DNA of 64,000 nucleotides from Lytechinus pictus (taxonomy: Eukaryota), in NCBI RefSeq assembly GCF_037042905.1, contig NC_087245.1:19902001-19966000 (forward strand). The letters run 5' to 3'. The notes beneath the pieces were generated by a model. It was not told the origin of the DNA and did not search any database. It worked only from the letters and a program-made list of their open reading frames with translations. Positions 53,675 to 64,000 of the stretch are shown here, piece after piece; positions within the stretch are counted from its first letter, which is position 1, and each line of letters begins with the position of its first letter. Position numbers and translations under genes: made by a program.

Positions 53675-55924
53675 AGGATAAGTTAACATCTACTCAAGAC
53701 AGCAATTTATAAAAAATGAAAAACAGGTTAGTGTAATATTTTACCCTTTAAAAAATTAAGTACATTATTTTGAAATCAGATGAAATTCTATTTGAATTAT
53801 ACAAGTGCGTGGAAAAGAATTAAATTCCAATGAAGTGCATTGAAAGATATTTTACATGAATATGATCATGATGGTAAAGAGTGAGCTTTAAAAAAAAACC
53901 TATTTCTCTTTCAAAATAATAGTGATCAATCAAGCCCCCCCTCCAAAAAAAAAATCACAACATACATCACCACATCTTGCATAGTAAGTATAGTATTTAA
54001 ATAATAGAATAATCATACTTTTGGAACATCTGGGATTTTGCTAAGCATCAAAATGTAAATAACAAATGCTCATATAATTTCCCTTAAAAAATAACATAAG
54101 CTGCAGTGTCAACTTGACCTAGTTATATCTCATCTGCAGGAACAATTTACTAATTACAAATCTATCTGCTTATTAGACGCCTGTAGAATCAAGGTTGCAG
54201 ATTTAATAACGTAATCAAATAATTGCTCTCGCAGCCAGAATTTGGGAAATACATCTATAGAAATATCTGCTGGTGCATAGAAAACCCACCAGAAATGTTA
54301 AGCAGGATAACATTGATACGAACAAAAGTTTTGAAGAAATAAATAGATTAAACACAGAAAAATGCCATCCAAGTATTGCTTGATTTATGGAATTTATGAA
54401 GTATTGACAATTTTTGTAAATTACAAGATACTGAAAAGTAATATTCTAAATTCATTAAATGATATTTACCATTGATAATAATAAAGGAAAATGTATATTC
54501 TTTGACTAGATTCTGACAAATCTAACCAACATTAAGTTTATGTGTATGTGAAGCATTGTCAAACTGTTTTATTTCATTAAGTGTAATAAAAATAAAATAT
54601 TACCAATAATAAAAATGCATACAGTAATGTATAATTAAATTACAATAATAATAACAACAACAATAAGAATAATGATAATAATAAAATCATTCATTCGTAA
54701 GTGCATAATCAAGTAAGAGCCATGGGAGTATTTTAGTTCAGAGTATATTCAGTGTATGTCCCTTTTCCCCTGAACATTTAAAAAAGCCTACTCTAGAAAG
54801 GAATTTAAGTCAGTGCAAAAGGCATTCAGTTTATGCCCTTTTGTCCCTGAGCACACACGTAATAGTCTACTCCTGAAGAGATATCCCATCCCACAAGCGC
54901 TATGAGGGTATTTACCTCTTACTCCCAGGCAGGGAGTCGAATCTATTTTCGGAGAGCTTTTGGTAGATGGCATAACTCTACATTTGTCTTTATCTTTCTC
55001 CCTTCTTCCCCCTTCTTTCCACTTCAAATAGCATCCTAATTGATTGAATTATGCTTCCATAAGGATGTTGGAGAATGAACCTCCTTGCTTCAAGGACCAA
55101 GTTTTCATTTGGACGATGGACGGAACCGTTCTTGAGGCAGAACTGTTCTCCGTTAAACATACCAAACCGAACACTGTTTAGCAAGACCATCGCATATTAA
55201 AATTTAGTAGCACTAGCAGTGAACACAGGCAGAGAGGTAATTATTGAAGTATTAATTATCTTCATCTTAATTGCAGACTAGGACAGGGAAATCATTGTTG
55301 AAGTATTACTAAATATCTCTTAAACAAAATATGAACAATCATGTAATGAAACAAAGGGGGAAGACAGATGGTGCAAACGATTCTTTTCTTATCTTTTCCT
55401 TCTGGCCTTAAATATAGTTTACTCAATGATCACTGAAATCAATTTATGGATTGAAAATATGTAGGAAGACAATAAATCCTTTCTGTTGAAGGCAGGTGCA
55501 ATAAATCAAATATTATTTTCCCCTTAGAGACAATTTAGAGAACTTCAATGAGCATGACATAAACTGACACGGGACCACGTTTTGATAATTTGTGAATAGA
55601 ATTTAGAACAAATATTTGTTTCAATTCCTTACATGTATTTAATTCAACTTCCTTTAAAAAGAAAAAAAAACTTGCCCTTGGCTGAAAAGTTTAAACATGA
55701 TGCATATTTTATATGCACAAATATCCATTTCATTCACAAAAAACAGGGAAAAGTGAGAACAAATGGGAGTGAATGAAGAGAGAGAAAGGAAGAGAGGTAA
55801 AGATGGGAACAGAGTGAGTATTTAGAAAAGTGAGGGAGGTGGGAGAGACAGGAGAAGGGGGAGAGGGAAAGGGGGAGGGAAGAGAGAGGAGGAATGAAAC
55901 AAAAGGTATATGAAAGGATACTTA

Positions 55925-56391
55925 TATGCTTTTCACACTGCATTTCCTTAACCCCATACTATCCTTAACCCCGGACTATCCTTAACCCCATACTATCTTT
56001 TTTCGATTCACACAGTCTTTCTTAACCCCGTACTATTGCTTAGCCGGGGTTAACGCCTCAACCCCGGACTATCACACAGCTCATAAATATTGATGATTTT
56101 ACCATACAGAGCGCAATTAACGTGCAATTTCAACTTCTGTGATTGGCTAATGCTTAGCCCTGTTTCGTTTCACACTGCATCTCTTAGCACCGCAATTGTG
56201 GTGCTAGCACCACAATAAGCCGGCTAACCCTGCATTTTTGCAGGGCCAGATAGAACCGTACTATTTACCGTGCTAGCCCACTTTGCTCAAACGTAGTGTG
56301 AAAACGAAGTGGGCTAAGCTTAACCCCGGGAAATTGGTGGGGCTAAGACCCCCCCTTAGCCCCACCAATTTAGGACAGTGTGAAAAGCATA
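55925..56391. mobile_element. MITE, ~467 bp, inserted in a GA-rich tract
   Basis: Perfect 16-bp inverted ends TATGCTTTTCACACTG / CAGTGTGAAAAGCATA (outer TA may be the TSD); internal CTTAACCCC repeats; purine tract continues on both sides. Confidence 0.88.
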
Positions 56392-59300
56392 ATAGGGAGG
56401 GAGATGAGAGCGGGAAAGAGGAGGAAGGGGGAGATGGAAAAAGATAGGGGCAGATTGGGGACAAAGGGAAAACAAAAGAGAGAAAGAGAGAGGGAGAAAG
56501 AAAGAGAGAGAGGAGAGAGAAAGAAAGAGAGTGGCAGAGGAAATCACAAGCCAGGTGAGAAACCCCCCTTTCACAAGGTAAAAAAATTGTAATTTGAATG
56601 ATGATTCCAGTGAAAAATAAGGCTAATGACGAATATTTAGCACGTGTGAAACCAAACTAGAAAATGATTAGAATCACGAACGCTAATCACAGTCACAATT
56701 ACAATAGCAATTATTATTACAATGATGATTCAAGATTCACGTGTAAAAAGGCCCAAAGAGGAGAGAAGACAATGAGCAAGAGTTATTACAGGGGGAGGTG
56801 GTATGTGCTGTCTTTCACTCTGTAAACATCGAACCCCTTTCTCTTCTCCTGCCATTTATATCCTATTTAACTGGACATGGACTTGTTTGCTCAGTTGCAT
56901 GTCTGTTATTCTAACGGCCAATAACATTTACCCTCTCCTTCTCATTTTCTCCCCTAAAGGAAGATGGGGCTCGATTCCAAAGCCACGATTCCAAAGCCAC
57001 GAGGAAAGGAAATAAACATCACCCTTCACAGCAAGCTATAATCTCTAACATTCTTACTACGTTTAGGAATACTTAACAAGTATTTAGATCACAAAATCTA
57101 CATTATTCATTACAAGCACTAAACGGTATCCCACTGTGTTTCAGCATTTGAAATATAATTCAATGTCGCGATGATGTTCAGATATTTTCCAATTAAACTT
57201 TTCAATAGCTCTCCAATTTCTGTGAATATATTTGAGTCTTTCTCATTTTCATTGAATTAAAAATACAAAACAAAGAAAGTGTGAAATTACTAGGTTGTGA
57301 AGATGGTAGAAATGTAAAAAAAAATAGGCCTACCATTAATTTGCCACTGTCCTTTTGATTACACTACTATTATGAAAATGAATAAGATATTCAAATGAAA
57401 ATTTAAAAATATTTAACTGCACATTTTTAGAATGGGTTTCTGGATTTGAACGCACACCTCACAAATTTCCATTTCCACATCCACAAACAATTAATGAAAA
57501 AAATAATATCAATTACTATAATAGTATCTAATTAGTTTCCATTATGCATCTCATAATACTGTGTCAGTCACATGTACCTGTACTTTTTGAGCTCCCTAAA
57601 AGCCTATTTTGAGGGAACATACTATTTTTATAGAAAAATTGTAACAAAAAATCAATTAATGCAAAACAAGTAGCAAACATGGAAAATAAAGGCACAGTTC
57701 ACAGCAGAGATCATAGGTGACAGTGAAATAATAGTCCCACATGTTTAATTGTATGAGGTAACTGTTTGTACTTTAGGGACACTGTCAATCCTATCTGGGG
57801 CAGGCACTTTAGTGCACCTATTTATGAAATGGACCAATGGATGGTGTAAAACACCTGCTTGAACTTCAACACCAGTCGCAGCTAAGCTAAGATCCCGTTA
57901 TTTGAGTTCGGAGATTTATTAAAAATTGAGTTCTCAAACATGAGAAATGAGAGAGGGGGTAAGAGGGGGAAACGGTATGAAGTCTATGCGAAATGATGAA
58001 TTAATAACCTTCTCGTTCTCACTGGTTCTGGTGAAGGCCACAGCTAATGTGTGAAGAGGATATTCCATCAATGTTATAAGTGAGGGTGCTATGTACTAAT
58101 GCTAACTGCACCCATTTGTAAGTTTATTCACATCATTCTCAAACTCTGAAAATGTATGAACTGAATGAACAAATCGACAGGTATAACGCATACTATATGA
58201 CACAGTGGAAGACAATTTATGTTGTAAATGGTTAAGGCCTATGAGGATTGCAAGAACGGATGAATGGGGGAAGTGAATTAATTTTTCTCTTATTATTTCA
58301 GGCTAGCAGAAGATAGGAGGGAGGGGGCATTAAAGGTCAGTGTCCTGATACAGTGAGTAAAGGGAAGGAGGGGGGAAGGGGCAAAGATGGAGCAAAGAAA
58401 GTCCCTTGCCTCAACTTAAATCAAATCTCATGATATATCATCCCCTTGGAGACAGAAAAAATGACAGCAAAATGGAGTCTTGAATCACTAATTCTCGACC
58501 TGAAAACATCAGCACGCATAGAGCTCTTCATAATTCATTTTCGCTCCTGATGTATTATTGAGATCAACATTGTGACATTCGATCAGCATCTCCATTGAGT
58601 TACACCACTCTGTTAAGAATGTCTATAGGTGAAGGTGATAACATCCACGACATTGCTGCCATGGCAACATTATGGCGGGTAAAGGATATTTGCCAAGGAA
58701 TGGGCAATATCTGGTCCCACTCGGTTTACAATCCTCTCTTCCTCGATTTCATCTTTTACCTCGTTTCAGGTTTTCTTCCGATATTTCCCTTCATCTCCTT
58801 ACTCTTGGAGCACATTTTCCACTACCACCTATCTACATCCCATTTTCTCTAAACCCCCACCCTCGATCTCTGTCTCTCTCTGTCTCTCTTTCTGCCCCCC
58901 CCCCCTTCTCATTGTCTGCCTAGTCTCTCTTTCTGCAAATCCTCCCAAATAATATGTGATGAATGAAGCGTATATGAATAAATCATTTCAAAATGTTAAT
59001 GGGCCTTGAAATGAATATTAACATGCATCTGGCTACAGAAAGAACAAATATGCAATGGGAGAAACAATGCCAACTAAAGGCATTCAAATTGTTATGAACA
59101 ATGTACCATAGAATACATGTACTTTATTGCAAAACAACACAAGGTATGTGAAAAACAACATTTTTGTGTGGTACAGATTTCAGACCATTGCCATTATTAT
59201 GTTTAGATAATGAATATCAAGGAAGAGGGGGAAGTGCCTAGAAGAATAACATTACTAACCCTTCTTGGTATAAATGTTTGAAATGTTAACATTATTGTTT

Positions 59301-60730
59301 ATAAAAAGCACAATATGGCCAGGAAATCCTCAGTCGGAAAACATTAATTGTCAAGTTACATGTTCATTTACACTATGCATCTTCCAATGATTTACCTAAA
59401 CCCCTTCGTACCTATTGATTTTCTAATGTCTTTCTAAAGCGACTTCAAAACATCTCGTTTATCAAACACTTATCCACCTGGAGGTTTTTTATATCATGGT
59501 TAAATGTATCTTCACATTGATTGATATAGTTTTATCATTGCCATGCATCATGAAAATTAATGATTCAATTTCATGTACTCACAAGGTCTACATTTTTTTT
59601 CCAGGATGGTATACAGGCTGGTTATTATTATTATTATTATTATTTTTTTATTTTTTTTTGGGGGGGGGGTAAAAAGGGCCTAATGAATTCCAGTATTTGA
59701 TGAGAAAAAAAAAGCTAGATAAAGAGCTCCAAAACTTTCTAAGTAAGGACATTATTGCGAGGTACAATCAACATTGATGTAATTCTAAATTAGAACATCT
59801 AACCACAAATAGATTAAATGAATTCCATACAAATTTGTGCCTTTTTTCAAGTTTTTATACATATAAGGGAGGGGGGGGGGAATTGAACTAATTTCGATTT
59901 CTCAGTTGTAAAAACTATCCCGATATAAGAGTTTTACAGTATAAAGCATTGTGCTAGTTATACAAATTCACATGTAAAACAAAAGATTTTGAACATCACA
60001 TGCATAATCCTGTCCCCATCTCTCTACAGTTTTTAAACAAATTTCTGGGAATCCTTAAGAAAAAACTAAGATAAAAGGATATGCTACAACAAGAACATCA
60101 AACGTATTGTATATAAATGGAAAAGAAAGCAGATGAATGATTTTGTAAGCAATCATGTAGCACTCCACCTTATCCCTCAACTTCAAACTCCAGAATCTTG
60201 TGGCGAGGGTGAACTGATGAGACCTACATATTCTCCGCATTCTCTCAGCCCATCACCCACTCCCACACACACTCACACCCTCACTCACACACACAAGTGT
60301 GTCAGATAGAGCTGAAACTGTTTGTATAACATGATTAGTACCATAAACGTTTCTCTCCTGATTCTTTCAGGCTATTTTCAATTCATCAATGCTGTGATGG
60401 TTAGACAGGATGGGGACATCATTGTCCCGTCAGAGAAAAATGGATGTGAACTAATGTTATTCTTCATTAATGTGAATGATACATGTAGGACAATATATAT
60501 GCTCACTGCCTGATGAAAAAAAATACTTGGAATCATAACTTGTTTGGGCCTCATATTTATATCATTATATAAATATTCATTAATTTTATACATTTATTAA
60601 AATGTTTTATATATGAAAAAGATGAAGTCTCTCAACTCTCTAAACAGTTTTCAGGAGGGATCCTGTACAGAAACAGGACATCCTCTCCAAGCCCAAGTTA
60701 TTTCACCAACTTCCAATCTACAGAAGACCT

Positions 60731-60888
60731 GGGGAGCGTTTCATCAACATTTTTGTCCGACAAGTTGTCAGATCTGACATCTTTCCTTGATGTTGATTGG
60801 CTAAGAAGCACTGTTACTATGGTAAATGTCGGATAAAACAGGACTTGTCAGATAAAACGTCTGACAAGTCCTTCATGAAACACTCCCC
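60731..60888. mobile_element. ~158-bp MITE
   Basis: TIRs GGGGAGCGTTTCAT / ATGAAACACTCCCC; internal palindromes TGTCAGATCTGACA and GGACTTGTCAGA..TCTGACAAGTCC. Confidence 0.8.
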
Positions 60889-63800
60889 CGCTTACCATAG
60901 ATGCATGACTGATTTCCCAATATCATGGACCTAATCTGTCTTAATATGAATACCTATATAGGCATACATACATGCCTATTATGCTGTGGAATGCTCCACA
61001 AACAGAAATGTACTTTGATCAGCAACACATAAAGGCTAGATGTGTTAAAAATGTCACCTTCAACCAATCTAGATACCAAAGCACCCCTTTGGAGGTAGCA
61101 GTGACCGGCCAAAATTCAGGCCGATTCCAATCTCTCACCACAAAATTACGTACCCAGTGAGGAGGTCAAAGAAGCAATAGTAATTACATGCTTGTCCAGG
61201 ACAGGATGGTGCCATGCGGTTTATAGAATTCTATTTCGCCGGGCTCTAACCCTTCACTCCTGCATACTATTCGCCACCGTTCGAGCGTATAACGTCCAGG
61301 TGACGTTCTCTCGCTCTTATGACCTACAAAAGCCTGACCTATGCTATGCGTCCTAGAAATGCCTGACCTTCAATAACCCGTCAATGTGGTCATGACCCTT
61401 GTACAACACCTACGGCAAGCTATTGTTCAGCATTGAATTATTTGGTAACATGACGATATTATCTTTTGTTCCCTTCTCTTTTGCGTCTTTCCATCTGAGT
61501 CCAAATATATAGGCCTACCAGATTTACTGGGGCATATTGTACCATTTTGGCAGCTGACAAAGAATGCTTAGTTACAATCAATTTGTGTCAATGATATTTG
61601 ATGCTCTTTGTTGCATATCCGATGTGCCCAATATAGACATTTGTAAATAGTACAGTGTATGGGAAAGTTAAAAAATTGATAATGGTAATGCACAAACGAG
61701 AAGCTACACTTCAATTAATCTGACAATGATATAATTTTTAGTATAATTTCAACATGTTTTAGCAATCACCTGCCAATAAGAAACACCTTCTCTGATTTCC
61801 TTTGAATGTGTTTTTCTCACGGAACACATTTTACATCACAGGAAACCTGCCTACAGTGACAACCTCCATGTAAAGGTCACTTCTCATTTTTACTTTAATA
61901 TAACAAATGGACTTAATCCATAAATGAAAAGATAATGATTAATCCAACACCCTGCCTACCCCACCCCATTGACATTTTTCCATCGTACAAACACGAGTGC
62001 CAAATACATGTACCTTTTTAAACATATGCATTAACTGGGTGACCAGTTCTATGCATGTCTTCATGAATATTCCATGAGCAAATTGATGATGTCAAAATAT
62101 TGGATTGACATCACCACTAATTGTAAGAACAATGGATATATGTCAATTCTAAAATCTGTTACTGCATGAATGCATTATAATTATTGGAATTATCATATTT
62201 AGTCCCTCCCCCCCCCCCAAAAAAAAAAAAACACCCCATAATAAATAGAAAATTGGAAATATCAAACCTTGTTCTAATGATGAAAAGAAAAAGAAAAGAA
62301 CTCACCTACAGATGATATGGAATCATAACATGATCATCCAGTGATGGAATGCCACAGAGAACAAAGATATGAAATGAGAATTTGAGAAAGGAAATTCATT
62401 TTAGTTGTCATGTTTAATTTTTCTTCATGAATAAAACATTAATATATATATATATATTTTTATACTAACTTTCTGGTTATTTCATCCTTCAACAAGATTT
62501 ATAAAAATCTTGTCATGTGAAGGGGGGGGGGCATGGAAAAGATATATATTTTCATAACAGTACATTCCAGAAATATCACAAAACCAAAAATCCATCAGTG
62601 TTTGATATGAATTCGGAAAGCCTCAATCTTTCTTTTCATATGACACTATTCATGTGATGCATACTTTCTGCATTGGTGAAGGCAATAATGAAGATGGTAT
62701 ACGAAACACTTGTTTCTTTGAGGCTCATCCCCTCTCCTTTCAAAGAAAACTCAATCACATTAAAAGAGTAAAGACAGAGAAATCTTTAATCAAAGTACAT
62801 GGTTCAAATAAAAAAATAACGAAAAATCATATTGATGGCATTAAATGAAAGAAAAAGATCCGAGATTTTCCAATCCAGAATAGACAAAATAAAAGAGAGT
62901 TTTTTGTTTTGTTTTGTTTTGTTAGTTGCTGTTTTTTTTTAGGGGGGGGTCTTAAAAGCACTTTTAATGTTTGATATTTTGACATTTTCCCCAAAAAACT
63001 ACAACAATAAAAAAGCATTTTGACCCATTGTTAAAAATGAAAATTTCAGGATTCTTTAAAAAAAATGGATATAATTTGATACAAAGTGCATGCTCTCTCT
63101 CCCTATCTCTCCTTTTTTCCCTCTCTCTCTCTCAACCCACATTCTGTTGAACTCATTCCATACAAAATACATAAAAGCATTATACTCCACACCTATTCAA
63201 AATAAATTACACAAGTCACGCAGACGTTATGTAAATCAATCGGAAGTACTTGTAATCGTACGACAGTGTGGACATGACAATCGTTTTCAAGATAAAAAGT
63301 ACTGATGTAATAGAGCCTCCTATCACACAGACCCAAAAAGCTGTTAGTGCATACATGAATTATCAAAATGTGGCAATTGCATGTCAAGCATTGAGAAAAA
63401 GGAGGAAAGTGTCGAGATCCGGAGCCCTAAATTACATTTCTTGATTGTTATTCATTCCAAAATGTCATTTGACTTATTGAAAGGGTAAACATTCAGCAAA
63501 GAAGCGTCTAATGTGGCAATTTCATATGATACTGTAGCGCTATGAGAGGTGAAAGGAGAAGAATGTAATAGTTAAAGGTAGAGGGGGAGGGGGTGAGAGA
63601 CTTGACTAAAGAGATAAGAATACAAAATATCACATAAATATATGAAATTTAAAAAAAGACAAGTTCAATTTTTTTTTCACTAAAAGTTTTGAAGAAGGAT
63701 TCGTAGAAAAATTTGTCATCCAATGAAATGGAGCCCGTTAATTCTTAATTTTAACCATCAATGAACAGTTTTAATTACATGAATCAATTAAGAAATTTTG

Positions 63801-64000
63801 GCTTGATAAATTAACTAATCTATCTTATAAAGTATATGTTTATGAAATGATGAATACTGGTTTTAAACAAATATTCCTTGGAATGGAAGGATGATAATAG
63901 TATGAATGACATATATTTCTCTTATACCCAGTACCCACAGCTCCGCATCATAGTGATATTTCTAGTTGTTTTTTCGGGTAGGGGGTTAATGAAGTTTGAA

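Noticed and set aside
55032-55237. Plus-strand exon after a strong pyrimidine tract
   Set aside because: Stops in all three frames within the first 20 nt, modest donor, and the tract is explained by low-complexity sequence
55944-56090. Interstitial telomeric repeats
   Set aside because: Motif is dispersed TTAACCCC inside a TIR element, not tandem TTAGGG
56974-57003. 14-bp tandem duplication GATTCCAAAGCCAC x2
   Set aside because: Ordinary slippage-type duplication with no further structure
421-63387. All listed ORFs (60-123 aa) as protein-coding genes
   Set aside because: Short, many with non-ATG starts, low complexity or inside repeats and gaps; no recognisable domains

Overview
AT-rich, largely CpG-depleted eukaryotic (animal) non-coding DNA with two N-gaps. 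The repeat repertoire (tRNA-headed SINEs with L2-type tails, Pearl/Tsp-like Helentron derivatives, many MITEs, poly-G and GA tracts) suggests a marine invertebrate, probably an echinoderm such as a sea urchin; this assignment is an inference. None of the listed ORFs is a recognisable protein, and I see no rRNA, true tRNA, known miRNA or CRISPR array. Well-supported features: several non-autonomous DNA transposons with visible TIRs/TSDs (two ~98% identical inverted copies of a 476-bp MITE, a P-like element with 7-bp TSD, a hAT-like element with 8-bp TSD), three SINEs, a Helentron-type element with an internal ~162-bp tandem array, and L2/CR1 3' remnants. Between them lie CpG-retaining islands with clustered transcription-factor motifs. 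The window may be a long intron of a minus-strand gene. The most interesting signals are two minus-strand YAG|GTRAG junctions, each preceded by a long AG-free zone (candidate recursive splice sites), a candidate 21-nt microexon, and direct evidence that the abundant TACATGTA motif arises by insertion at TA (likely Tc1/mariner excision footprints). All positions and counts were read by eye.
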